From Vicinamibacteria bacterium (GTDB lineage: Bacteria > Acidobacteriota > Vicinamibacteria > Marinacidobacterales > Marinacidobacteraceae): a stretch of DNA of 64,000 nucleotides. The position numbers were made by a program, and so were the translations under genes. Numbering within the stretch: position 1 is the stretch's first letter; every line of letters starts with the position of its first letter. This document shows positions 54,898-64,000 of this stretch, in pieces. The notes under the pieces are model-generated. The model did not search any database, was not told the origin of the DNA, and was given only the letters and a program-made list of their open reading frames with translations. Location of the stretch: positions 1,568,001 to 1,632,000 of the forward strand of contig OY821641.1 in the NCBI GenBank assembly GCA_963555995.3, written 5' to 3'.

Positions 54898-55098
54898 TTG
54901 GAACGCCGGTCTCCAGACCGGCACCGCGGGCCGGAGGCCCGCGCACGTCGTTTCGCTATGGGCCGGAGAAGGCCTCACGCACGGGGAGGATCCAATCTGT
55001 CCGGATTCGCAGACGGGAAAAAGCCACCCAGCGGGACGGCGAGGCGCCGTGCGCGGCGCGGAGCGCCGCGCGTGCCGGTCTGGAGACCGGCGTTCCAA
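54898..55098. repeat. REP-like doublet: perfect 27-bp inverted repeats
   Basis: ttggaacgccggtctccagaccggcac (54898-54924) and its exact reverse complement (55072-55098); each is internally palindromic. Confidence 0.8.
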
Positions 55099-55119
55099 GC
55101 CGTTTCCGCCGTCATTCCG

Positions 55120-55584
55120 TCAGTCGTCCGGCGACCCGAACCGCTCTTTGAGTCTGGCCGTCCGGTACCTGAAGATCCGCCGCACGTCGGGCGTGACCAG
55201 CAGCCGCTCGACGAGGGCGCCGCCCGGCGCCCGGTAGTGGACCTCGTCGGAAGCGATCACCACCGCTCCCCTGCCCGGACGCTCCTCCACCTCGAACCGG
55301 TGCTCGTGAACCCAGCTCCGGTAGGGGCCGGCCACCTGTTCGTCCACGAAGCGGTGCGGCGGCTCCCAGGCGGTGATCTCGCTGCGCCAGCGAAGCGGGA
55401 TCCCGTGGAGGCGCAGCCGATAATCGATCTGCGCGCCCCGCGACATCGGGATCTCGCCTTCGGTCAGGACCTGGAAACGGAGCCAGGGCGGGGTGAGCAC
55501 CTCCAGATTCCTGGCGCTCGAAAAGAATGCGAAGACGGTCTCCAGCGGAGCCGCCAGCGCGACGGAACATCGAAAGACTGGCAT
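55120..55584 (-). CDS. SRPBCC/START-like family protein
   Basis: VFAFF...NLEVLTPPWLRF, FVDEQ..GPY..W.HEH.F, IFRYR. Confidence 0.85.
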   Translation of the reverse strand: MPVFRCSVALAAPLETVFAFFSSARNLEVLTPPWLRFQVLTEGEIPMSRGAQIDYRLRLHGIPLRWRSEITAWEPPHRFVDEQVAGPYRSWVHEHRFEVEERPGRGAVVIASDEVHYRAPGGALVERLLVTPDVRRIFRYRTARLKERFGSPDD

Positions 55585-55723
55585 CCGTTCCTGATGGTAA
55601 CCTTCCCCGGTTACTCCTCTTTCGACGCGCTGAGCGGGCGGCGCCAGACCGGTGGCCATCCCACCCGCCGTCCTCCGAAACGAAGTCCCGGCCGCGAGCG
55701 GCGGGCACGAGGCAACATTCGGC

Positions 55724-56149
55724 ATGGCGGACAACGTAGCGGCCCCCGAGGCCCCGATTCCCGGCATTGACTACGAACCGAAGCCGGGCGGGAGCGAAAA
55801 CGCCGGGCAGAAGGCGAACGGCTCGGCCCCGGCGTCCTATTCGATGCTCGAGCCCCGGATGAAGGCCATCTACGGCCAGTTCTACAAGGAAACCTACTTC
55901 TCCGAGAACAAGCACCTCGATCCGAAGGTTCAGGAACTGATCGCCCTCGCCTGCTCCCTGATTGCCCAGTGCGAGGGCTGCCTCGACGGGCACGTGAAGA
56001 AGGCCCTCAAGCTCGGGGCGACCAAGGAAGAGATCAGCGAGGCCATCGTGATCGCCATCGGCATCAACGCCGCCGCGATCGTGGACCAGACGGACCGCAC
56101 GGCCACGCGCCTCGGGCTGAACCACTTCCCGGCGAAGGTCCGCCTGTAG
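55724..56149 (+). CDS. Carboxymuconolactone decarboxylase/AhpD-like protein
   Basis: LDPKVQELIALA...QCEGCLDGH...GATKEEISEA. Confidence 0.85.
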   Translation: MADNVAAPEAPIPGIDYEPKPGGSENAGQKANGSAPASYSMLEPRMKAIYGQFYKETYFSENKHLDPKVQELIALACSLIAQCEGCLDGHVKKALKLGATKEEISEAIVIAIGINAAAIVDQTDRTATRLGLNHFPAKVRL

Positions 56150-56177
56150 CCAGCGACCCCTGGTCGCTCAGGGGTTT

Positions 56178-57275
56178 TCAGGGAGCGAAGACCCCCTCCC
56201 CCGCCCCGGCGGGGTCGGGTCGCGCGGACCGGTGCGATTCCAGCGCCTCGCGCGCGGCGGTCTCGATTTCCGCGTCCACCCGCGCCTCGATGTCGTTCAG
56301 GACGGACTCCGCCACGGGCTCGTTCCCGGCCCCGCCCCGGCGCAGGAAGGCGCGGTAGGTGCGGACCGGATCGCGCCGGCCATAGTGCTCGAACAATGCG
56401 GCGGGAAGGATCCTCCGACTCTCGCCCTCGTCGTGGGTGGCGTGGCCCCCCATCCGGAACGTCTCGGCAAGCAGGAACGCGGGGCGCCGGTGTTCCCGCA
56501 CATCGGCCCGGGCGAGCCCGGTGGCGGCGAAGACGTCCAGCACGTTGTTCCCATCCACCCGGAAGGTGGGGACGCCGTATCCGGCGCCGAGCTGCGCGAG
56601 CCGTTCTTCCCCGCCCTCCGCCAGCGGGGTCCCGAGCGCGATCCGGTTGTTCTGGATCACCACGATGAGCGGCGCCCGGAGCGCCACGGCGGACACCACC
56701 CCCTCGTGGAACGCGGCCGTTCCCGTCGTGCCGTCCCCGGCCCAGGTCAAGGCCACCCGCGACTCCCCCCGGAGCCGGAAAGCGAGCGCCACACCGGCGC
56801 ACACCGGCACGAGGGAACCGACCATGCTGATCGGGGCCAGGATGCCTCGCTCCAGGTCCCCGAAGTGGAGGTCCCTGCCCCGCGCCGGTCCGTCTCCGGT
56901 GCCGAGGGCCCCCCGGAACATGGAGGCCAGGCTCATCCCCCGTTCGTGACACGCCCCGACGTTGCGGATCATCGGTCCGACCACGTCGTCCGGTCCCAGC
57001 GCGTGGCAGGCGCCCACCGTGACCGCTTCCTCCCCTGCCCCCAGCCACGCCTTGGACAGGACGCCGGACCGGACCCAGCGCTTCAACTGGAGGTCGTGGA
57101 GACGATTTCTTACCAGGCCCTCGTAGAGGCGTAACCGCGCGGCCTCGTCGAGCGTCCCGACGACCCGCGCGCGCTCCGGGTCGGCCAGGACGGCGGTTTC
57201 GTAGTCCCGCAGCAGCCCGGCGTCCTCGCGCCAGGCCACGTATTCCGGGGGGTCGAGCCCGGGGACGCCTCTCAC
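56178..57275 (-). CDS. TPP-dependent 2-oxoacid dehydrogenase E1 alpha-like subunit
   Basis: GEEA, GDG...NN TPP motif, VDGN, TFRMGGHATHD. Confidence 0.88.
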   Translation of the reverse strand: MRGVPGLDPPEYVAWREDAGLLRDYETAVLADPERARVVGTLDEAARLRLYEGLVRNRLHDLQLKRWVRSGVLSKAWLGAGEEAVTVGACHALGPDDVVGPMIRNVGACHERGMSLASMFRGALGTGDGPARGRDLHFGDLERGILAPISMVGSLVPVCAGVALAFRLRGESRVALTWAGDGTTGTAAFHEGVVSAVALRAPLIVVIQNNRIALGTPLAEGGEERLAQLGAGYGVPTFRVDGNNVLDVFAATGLARADVREHRRPAFLLAETFRMGGHATHDEGESRRILPAALFEHYGRRDPVRTYRAFLRRGGAGNEPVAESVLNDIEARVDAEIETAAREALESHRSARPDPAGAGEGVFAP

Positions 57276-57288
57276 GCCGAGCGGTGGG

Positions 57289-58794
57289 TCAGGCGGAAAC
57301 GCCGTTCCAGCGAACGAGTTCCCCGGCGATCCGGTTTTCGACGGCGTCGGCGTTCCACGAGTTCCGGAGGCCGTTCGTCATCACCGAAAAACCCAGGGCG
57401 CGGCCTTCGGCGGCGAGCGGGAACGCGACCCCCGAGAGGGAGCTGACGCCGCTGAGGGTGCCGGTCTTGGCGATCACCCGTCCGAGGGTCTCTTCTCCGA
57501 ACAGCCGCCGCGAGAGCGTGCCGTCCACGCCCGATACCGCCAGGGAGCACAGGAAGTCGGTCCGCAGTTCGGGCTGGCTGTAGAGGTCGCGGACCACCGC
57601 CACCAGCAGGCGGGCGCTCAGCTTGTTCTCCCGCGAGAGCCCCGAGCCGTCGTCCACGGCGAAGGTCGAGGCCGGAAAGCCGAGCCCCACGAGGTATTCC
57701 TCGAGGGCCCGCACGCCCTTCTCGCGGGTGCCGGGCGGCCCCCAGCGGTGGGCGCCGACGGCGAAGAGCAACTGCTCCGCCGACCAGTTGTTGCTGTACT
57801 TGCCGAGGGCCTCCAGCACCTGGGTGAGCGGCGCGGAGTCATGGCGGTACAACAGCAGTTTCCGCTCGGGATGCTCCAGCGTTCCGCGGCGCGGTGCGCC
57901 GGTCACCGCGACGCCCCGCTCCACGAGCTTTCCCTTCAGCGCGTACCCGAAGTAGAGCGCCGGTTCCGTGGCCGTGAACTGCGCCACCCGCTCGTTGCCG
58001 TTCCGCAGGATGCGTCCCTGGAGCCGGATGCGACGGGTTCCCCGGCGCTGGGCGAGGATGTAGGGGCGCCCCGAGTTCCGGAGCACCATCCGGTTCTGGA
58101 CCTCGTAGTAGCCGTAGCCCTCGTCGCGGACGCCGGGACGATTGCCCTCTCCGGGCACGCCGGCGACCTCCACCCGGTTCCAGTGGTAACCGAGGGCGCT
58201 CTGGATGGGCTCGCGGTAACGAATGCGCCGCCGCACGAGAGCCTGGTCCGTTTCCTGGACTTCGAAGAACGAGTCGTCCAGCACGATGTCGCCCCGGATT
58301 TCGGTGATGCCGGCCGCCGCCAGCGAGTCCGCGACGTAATCCAGGTCGTGCCGCTGCACGCTGGGATCGCCGGACCCGAAGACGTGGACCGGACCCTCGA
58401 TCACCCCGGCCCCGGTCGGTGGCGCATCCACCAGCAGGCGCGTCGGGAAGCGGTAGCTCGGTCCCAGGTAGTGGAGGCAGGCCCCCATCACCGGCAGCTT
58501 CATTCCGGACGCCGGCACGTAGGTCCGGTCCGGGTTGTGTCGAAAGAGCGCCGCCCCGGTTTCGAGGTCCTCCACGTGAATCCCGATCGCCCGGTTCAGG
58601 CCGAAGCGCCGCCGCACCGCATGGAGCCTCCTCCCGAGGTCCGCGAGCGAGTCCTCCGAGAACGGCGCCGTCCGTTCCCGGCCCCCGGCCGGGCTCGCCA
58701 GCGCGAGTCCGGGCGCCCCCGCAAGCACCCGCAGCGCGCGGCGGCGGTCCAACCGCCAGTCGGCGGCGCCGTGTCGCGGGCGGGGCGGGTTCAC
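57289..58794 (-). CDS. dacB: D-Ala-D-Ala carboxypeptidase/endopeptidase (peptidase S13, PBP4)
   Basis: PASGMK (SxxK), GSGDP, SNN, DGSGLSR, AKTGTL; twin-arginine-like RRRAL N-terminus. Confidence 0.9.
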   Translation of the reverse strand: MNPPRPRHGAADWRLDRRRALRVLAGAPGLALASPAGGRERTAPFSEDSLADLGRRLHAVRRRFGLNRAIGIHVEDLETGAALFRHNPDRTYVPASGMKLPVMGACLHYLGPSYRFPTRLLVDAPPTGAGVIEGPVHVFGSGDPSVQRHDLDYVADSLAAAGITEIRGDIVLDDSFFEVQETDQALVRRRIRYREPIQSALGYHWNRVEVAGVPGEGNRPGVRDEGYGYYEVQNRMVLRNSGRPYILAQRRGTRRIRLQGRILRNGNERVAQFTATEPALYFGYALKGKLVERGVAVTGAPRRGTLEHPERKLLLYRHDSAPLTQVLEALGKYSNNWSAEQLLFAVGAHRWGPPGTREKGVRALEEYLVGLGFPASTFAVDDGSGLSRENKLSARLLVAVVRDLYSQPELRTDFLCSLAVSGVDGTLSRRLFGEETLGRVIAKTGTLSGVSSLSGVAFPLAAEGRALGFSVMTNGLRNSWNADAVENRIAGELVRWNGVSA

Positions 58795-58927
58795 CGGGCG
58801 CCCTCGATGGCTTCCCGAAGCAGCACGGGGCGAAAGGATACCCCGGCCCGCCCGCCGGGAGCCGGGCCCGACCGCGCCGGGGCCGCCGGTAGAATGCGGA
58901 ACCGGCGCGCGCCAACGGAGGTCCGTG

Positions 58928-59233
58928 ATGACCAAACGCGATCCGAAACACCTGACCCGCCGGCAGTTGCTGGGGGGCGCAGTGACCGCTCCCCTGCTGC
59001 TCGCGGGCTGCAGTACCGGCCCGAATCCGGGCGAGGGGCCGACCGTCGCGGCGCTCGAATACGCGAACAGCTTGCTCGACCATCCCCTGCCCGCCGAGCG
59101 GCTCCCGGCGATCCTGCCGGCGGTGCGAATGAACCACGCTTTCTTCCGGGCCGTCCGGGAACTCGAGATCCCCGATCTCGTGGAGCCCGGCGTGATGTTC
59201 GTGGCGCGCGGTCCCGAGGCCGGGGAGGACTGA
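58928..59233 (+). CDS. Small Tat-signal lipoprotein, probable amidase partner
   Basis: SD GGAGG; TRRQLL twin-Arg; LAGC lipobox; C-terminal EPGVMF; ends 3 nt before the amidase. Confidence 0.65.
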   Translation: MTKRDPKHLTRRQLLGGAVTAPLLLAGCSTGPNPGEGPTVAALEYANSLLDHPLPAERLPAILPAVRMNHAFFRAVRELEIPDLVEPGVMFVARGPEAGED

Positions 59234-59236
59234 GGC

Positions 59237-60661
59237 GTGATCCCCGAACTCTGCCGGCTCAGCGCCCGGAGGCTCTCCGAGCGCATCCGCACCGGCGGCC
59301 TTTCGCCGGTCGAGGTCGTGGAGGCCCACCTCGCCCACATCGAGGCGACAGACCCCGCGATCAACTCGTTCATCACCGTGACGGCAGACCACGCCCTCGC
59401 CCGAGCCCGCGAAGCGGAAGCCGAGATCGCGGCGGGCAACTGGCGCGGCCCGCTCCACGGCATCCCTTACGCCCCGAAGGACATCCTCGCGACCGCGGGC
59501 ATCCTGACCACGAACGGCTCCCGGGCCACCGCCGACTGGGTGCCCGACTACGAATCCACGATCACGGCGCGGCTGAACGACGCCGGCGCAATCCTGATCG
59601 GCAAGCTGAACCTGCTCGAGTTCGCCATGGGGAGCGGCGTGCTCTCGGGCTTCGGCCCGGCAAGAAACCCCTGGGCCACCGACTACACCCCGTCCGGTTC
59701 TTCCTCCGGCTCCGGCGCGGCGCTCGCCGCCCGTCTGACGCCCCTGTCCATCGGCACCGACACCGGGGGGTCCATTCGCGGCCCGGCCGCCGCCTGCGGC
59801 GTCGTCGGCCTGAAGCAGACCTACGGCCGCGTCAGCCGGTTCGGGGTCACCACCCTGAGCTGGACGCTCGACCACGCCGGTCCCATGACCCGGACGGCCT
59901 GGGACGCCGCCGCCATGCTCGGCGCCATCGCCGGGCCGGACCCGCGCGATCCGACCGCGGCCGAGGAACCCGTGCCGGACTACCTTGCGGGGCTCACGCC
60001 CGACGTTGCCGGCTTGCGGATCGGCGTGCCGGTATCCGGTTTCTTCGAGGCGGCGACCGACGAGGTCCAGGCGGCGGTCCATGCCGCGATCGCCCTGCTC
60101 ACCGCCGACGGCGCGGAGATCGTCGAGGTCGAAGTGCCCCACGCGGAGCTCGCCGGGAGCGCCGGCTGGATCGTCGCGATGGCGGAGGCCGCCACGTTCC
60201 ACGAGAAGCGTCTCGCCGAACAGCCGGAGGATCTCGATCCGCTGGTACGCGAACGGCTGGAGGTGGCCAGGTTCTATCCCGCCACCGACTACATCAAGGC
60301 GCTGCGGCTGCGCACCCTGTTGCAGCAGGAGATGGCCGAGGTCTTCCGTAGCTGCGACGTGATGATCGTGCCCAGTTCCCTCTTCCCGGCCGACCCGCTC
60401 CGGTCGGAGGCGGCGGCCATGAGCGACGTCCGCGCCGGGACCGATCCCGATGCGCTGGACAGCCGTCCGGGAAACACCTTCATCGGGAACATGACCGGAT
60501 ACCCGGGCCTCACCATGGGATGCGGGTTCACCGCGGAGGCCCCGAAGCGGCCCCTCGCCCTCCAGATCTACGGGCCGCCTTTCTCCGAGGGCCGCCTGCT
60601 CCAGGTGGCCCACGCCTACCAGGAACGCACCGCCTGGCACGAGGAGCTGCCGCCGATCTGA
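59237..60661 (+). CDS. Amidase signature family protein (GatA/AtzE-like)
   Basis: GPLHGIPYAPKD, GSSSGSGAA, GTDTGGSIRGPA. Confidence 0.93.
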   Translation: MIPELCRLSARRLSERIRTGGLSPVEVVEAHLAHIEATDPAINSFITVTADHALARAREAEAEIAAGNWRGPLHGIPYAPKDILATAGILTTNGSRATADWVPDYESTITARLNDAGAILIGKLNLLEFAMGSGVLSGFGPARNPWATDYTPSGSSSGSGAALAARLTPLSIGTDTGGSIRGPAAACGVVGLKQTYGRVSRFGVTTLSWTLDHAGPMTRTAWDAAAMLGAIAGPDPRDPTAAEEPVPDYLAGLTPDVAGLRIGVPVSGFFEAATDEVQAAVHAAIALLTADGAEIVEVEVPHAELAGSAGWIVAMAEAATFHEKRLAEQPEDLDPLVRERLEVARFYPATDYIKALRLRTLLQQEMAEVFRSCDVMIVPSSLFPADPLRSEAAAMSDVRAGTDPDALDSRPGNTFIGNMTGYPGLTMGCGFTAEAPKRPLALQIYGPPFSEGRLLQVAHAYQERTAWHEELPPI

Positions 60662-60746
60662 CCCCGGCCGCGCTGCGGGAGCGCCGCATCCCGGCCGGCT
60701 GTTGCCCGGCCGACGCGCCGCGGGAAGGTGCGGGTATGCTTGAAGC

Positions 60747-61349
60747 ATGTGCGGAGCAGGAAAGCGCGCGGCGCTCGCCCGAAGGATCGCCGGGTTGGTT
60801 CTGGTGGGCGCCGGCGGACTCTTCGGCTCGGGCGTCTTCGCGGCGGCGCAGCACGGGGAGTCGGGTGAGCCGGAGGCGTTCCGGAACCCGTACGCGTGGC
60901 CCTCGCTGTCGCAGTTGGTGGAAAGCTCGGACACCATCGTCGCCGGTGAGGTCCTCGACCTCCGCTCGGCCTGGACCGCGGACCGTCGCGAAATCTTCAC
61001 CACCGTGACGCTCCGCACCGAGCGGAGCTTCAAGGGCGCCGCCCGACACCTCGTCCGGTTCCGGGTCCCCGGCGGAACGGTCGGGGACACCCGGATGATC
61101 GTCACGCACTCGGCGCAGTTCATGACGGGCGAACGGGCGCTGGTTTTCCTGGCCGGCGAGAGCGGGCGGCTTCCCCGCGTGACCGCCGGAGAGGCCGGCA
61201 AGCGGCACCTGCGCACCGACGCGGACGGCGCCGAGCGCATCCTCCCGGGATTCACCCTCGCAGACATAGACCCGGGCACATCGGGGCTCGACACGCTGGA
61301 CGATCTGGCCGAAGCCCTCGCCGGCCCCTTGGCGGCCGCTTCCCGTTAG
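60747..61349 (+). CDS. Hypothetical exported protein
   Basis: Signal peptide; LSQLVESSDTIVAGEV...VPGGTVG...GERALVFL; TATGCT 6 nt upstream of the ATG. Confidence 0.65.
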   Translation: MCGAGKRAALARRIAGLVLVGAGGLFGSGVFAAAQHGESGEPEAFRNPYAWPSLSQLVESSDTIVAGEVLDLRSAWTADRREIFTTVTLRTERSFKGAARHLVRFRVPGGTVGDTRMIVTHSAQFMTGERALVFLAGESGRLPRVTAGEAGKRHLRTDADGAERILPGFTLADIDPGTSGLDTLDDLAEALAGPLAAASR

Positions 61350-61359
61350 CCGTTCCCTC

Positions 61360-62352
61360 GTGTCCTTCCAAACATTCCCCCGTGACGTTCCCCGTGCGCT
61401 CGTTCGCCTCTGCCTGCCCCTCCTGGTCCTTTTCGGGTGCGGAGGCGGAGACGGCTCCACCCCGACATTTCTGAGCCTCGGGACGGCGCCGCCGGGCGGG
61501 GCCTTCTTCGTGGTCGGCGGGGCGCTCGCCGAAGTGCTGGACGAGGCCGGGATGCGCGTGACCGCCGAGGCCACCAAGGGATCGGGCGAGAACATCCGGC
61601 GGCTGGCTTCCGGCGAGCTGGATTTCGCCATCTCGAACGCCGCGGTCACCTATTTCGCGGCGCGCGGCGAGGACGGCTGGGGCCGGGCTTATCCCGTCCA
61701 GGCGGTCATGACCCTGGCGCCCAACGTGGCGACCTTCGTGTCTCCCCGGCGGCACGAAGTGCACCGGATCCAGGACCTCGCCGGGAAACGGGTGGTCGTG
61801 GGGGTGGCGGGCGCCGGGTTCGAGCACTTCATCCGGCCGATCGTCGAGGCGCACGGGGTCACCTACGAGGACTTCATCCCGCTCTACAACACCCAGGCGG
61901 GCGCCGTGGACATGCTGAGCGACGACTCGGCGGCGGCCGCCTTCCTCGGCGGCGCCGTTCCCACCGCCTCCATCGTGCAGGCGACCGCGGGCATGGACAC
62001 GCTGCTGGTGCCGCTCGATCCCGACGTCAGGAACTCCCTGCCGGAGCGGTATCCCTTCTATCGCGAGGCCGTCATTCCGGCGGAGACCTACCGGGGGCAG
62101 GACGAGGACTACCTGGGTCTCGACGTGGGTTCGATGCACGTCATCACCCGCGCCGACGCCGACGAGGAGACGGTCTATCGGGTCACCCGGACGCTCTGGG
62201 AGCGCCGGGAGTCGGTGGTGGAGAAGCACCCCGCCGGGCGGGCGATCAACGAGAACAACGCCTCCCGGAACACCGGCGTCGTCTTCCATCCGGGCGCGGA
62301 GCGCTTCTATCGGGAGATCGGGATCTGGCCGGACTCCGCTCCCGAGCCCTGA
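61360..62352 (+). CDS. TAXI family TRAP solute-binding lipoprotein
   Basis: Lipobox LFGC; LGTAPPGGAF; TKGSGEN; FHPGAERFYRE. Confidence 0.9.
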   Translation: MSFQTFPRDVPRALVRLCLPLLVLFGCGGGDGSTPTFLSLGTAPPGGAFFVVGGALAEVLDEAGMRVTAEATKGSGENIRRLASGELDFAISNAAVTYFAARGEDGWGRAYPVQAVMTLAPNVATFVSPRRHEVHRIQDLAGKRVVVGVAGAGFEHFIRPIVEAHGVTYEDFIPLYNTQAGAVDMLSDDSAAAAFLGGAVPTASIVQATAGMDTLLVPLDPDVRNSLPERYPFYREAVIPAETYRGQDEDYLGLDVGSMHVITRADADEETVYRVTRTLWERRESVVEKHPAGRAINENNASRNTGVVFHPGAERFYREIGIWPDSAPEP

Positions 62353-62375
62353 GTCCGCTCTGAACCTCGCTCCTG

Positions 62376-64000
62376 GTGGCTGAGTCGGGCCTCCCGGCGT
62401 TCGAGCGCGCCCGCGGGGTCGCGGTCGGCGTCCTCACCCTCCTGCTGACCGGCTTCGTGCTGGTCGAGGTGAACCGGCCGGCGCTCACCCCCCAGGCGCA
62501 GCTTGCGGCATTCGGGCTCGCCGGCCTGCCGCTCGCCTTCCTCATCCGGATGAAGCCCGGCGATCCGTGGTGGCGGCGCGGGACGGACATCCTGGGTCTG
62601 CTGTCCGCGGTGGCGGGCTGCGCCTACGTCCTCTACTGGAGCGGTTTCGGTCCGGAGGCGCTCGGCGACCGCGCCGGCGGGGAGACCGGCCTCGACATCG
62701 CGCTCGGGCTCCTCGGGCTGTTCGGCGTGCTCGCGGCGACGGCGCGGGTGATCGGGCCCGCCCTGCCCGTCCTCGCGGGTCTCTTCCTCGCCTACGCCCT
62801 GATCGGCCCGCACCTTCCGGAGTTCCTCTTCCCCCACCGGGGCTATTCGCTCGCCCGCATCGCTTCCCAGGGGTTCCTGCAGAGCCAGGGGGTCTTCGGG
62901 ATCGCGATGAAGGTCATGTTCGCCTACGTGTTCCTGTTCGTGGTGTTCGGGGCGATGCTGCAGGCGACCGGGGCCATCCGCTTCATCACCACCTCGGCGC
63001 GCCGTCTCTTCCTCGGCACGGTGGGAGGCGCGGCCAAGGTCTCGGTGGTCGCGAACGCGATGATGGGGTCGCTGTCGGGGAGCGCCGTCGCCGACGCGGC
63101 GACCACCGGCACGGTGACCATCCCCCTGATGCGGAGCACCGGCTTCACCGCGCGCGCGGCGGCCGGGATCACGGCGGCGGCCAGTTCCGGGGCGGCGCTC
63201 GTGCCGCCGGTGATGGGCGCCGCCGCCTACATGATGCTCGAGCTGGTGGACCCGCCGGTGAGCTATCTCCAGGTGGTGCAGGCGGCGATCCTCCCCGCCC
63301 TCCTCTACTACGTGGCCCTCATCGCCATGGTCCACCTGCACGCCCGCCGCCATCTGGTGACGGCCCCGGCGGACGGCGAGGCGGAAGGGAACGGCGAGCA
63401 GGTCCCCCTCCAGGCGGGCATCGTGTTCGGGGTCGGCCTCGTTTCGCTGGTCGTGGCCCTCCTCGCCGGACGGACCGTGTTCCGGGCGGTCAGCGTCGCC
63501 TTGCTGATCGTGGTCCTGGCCTCCCTCTGGCACCACAGCACCCGCCCCGACCTCCGGAAGCTGCTGGATTCGCTGAGGCGGATCGCCCAGGGGGCCGCTC
63601 CCCTGGTCGCGGCGGCCGGAGCCGTCGGAATCATCCTCGGCATGGTCACCCTCACGGGGCTCGGCACCCGCTTTCCGGCGGCCGTCCTGTCGGTCGCCGG
63701 CGAAGGGCTGCTCCCTGCCCTCCTCCTCATCATGGTGGGTTCCATCGTCCTGGGGATGGGGCTCCCGTCGGCCGTCTGCTACCTGCTGATGGCGATCCTC
63801 ATCGGGCCGGTGATCGGCCAGCTCGGCGTGCCCCCGCTCTCGGTGCACTTCTTCATCTTCTACTTCGGGATGATGTCCATGGTGACCCCGCCGGTGGCGC
63901 TCGCCGCCTACACCACCGCGGGCATCGCCAACACCCCGATCATCCCGGCGGCGCTCACCGCCTTCCGCTACGCGCTGGCCGGGTTCGCCCTGCCCTACTT
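62376..64000 (+). CDS. TRAP fused permease (3' truncated; absent from the ORF track because no stop is in the window)
   Basis: Own translation from GTG 62376: GGAAKVSVV...SGSAVADAATTG...ASSGAALVPPVMGAAA...MVTPPVALAAY. Confidence 0.88.
   Translation, partial: MAESGLPAFERARGVAVGVLTLLLTGFVLVEVNRPALTPQAQLAAFGLAGLPLAFLIRMKPGDPWWRRGTDILGLLSAVAGCAYVLYWSGFGPEALGDRAGGETGLDIALGLLGLFGVLAATARVIGPALPVLAGLFLAYALIGPHLPEFLFPHRGYSLARIASQGFLQSQGVFGIAMKVMFAYVFLFVVFGAMLQATGAIRFITTSARRLFLGTVGGAAKVSVVANAMMGSLSGSAVADAATTGTVTIPLMRSTGFTARAAAGITAAASSGAALVPPVMGAAAYMMLELVDPPVSYLQVVQAAILPALLYYVALIAMVHLHARRHLVTAPADGEAEGNGEQVPLQAGIVFGVGLVSLVVALLAGRTVFRAVSVALLIVVLASLWHHSTRPDLRKLLDSLRRIAQGAAPLVAAAGAVGIILGMVTLTGLGTRFPAAVLSVAGEGLLPALLLIMVGSIVLGMGLPSAVCYLLMAILIGPVIGQLGVPPLSVHFFIFYFGMMSMVTPPVALAAYTTAGIANTPIIPAALTAFRYALAGFALPY

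Noticed and set aside
59237-60661. Calling the amidase gatA
   Set aside because: No gatB is adjacent and the upstream partner has a Tat/lipoprotein signal, so only the family-level call is supported

Overview
A very GC-rich (about 70% by eye) bacterial chromosomal segment. Gene order suggests Acidobacteriota, which is inference only. Most of it is housekeeping: gdh, two TAXI/TRAP transporters, mutS, tsaB, psd-pssA, a giant membrane histidine kinase, guaA-dnaE-accA, lpt-rpoN-PTS, tol-pal, recN, miaB, parAB, dacB and an amidase. Notable signals: (1) a tightly coupled redox operon (51694-54718) in which two ORF pairs split by the ORF track are each one selenoprotein, an exported AhpC/TSA-like UxxC protein and an OsmC-like protein, each with an in-frame UGA and a SECIS-like hairpin; (2) a 28-bp XerCD dif site at 54735-54762 where KOPS-like octamers switch strand, so this is probably the replication terminus; it has inverted XerC-arm copies beside it and a parAB pair 3 kb away; (3) a lexA-imuA-imuB-dnaE2 cassette with an unusual palindromic operator (AGAC-N4-GTCT core); (4) an SSB with two tandem OB folds; (5) a 179-bp MITE family with YTAR target duplications (183 bp with the duplication, i.e. 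61 codons, one frame open), plus a hairpin-rich in-frame insert in dnaE2; (6) a Tat-lipoprotein next to a signal-less amidase; (7) several apparently leaderless genes. No rRNA, tRNA, CRISPR array or transposase was recognised. All protein calls come from motif recognition, not database searches, and start codons are best guesses.
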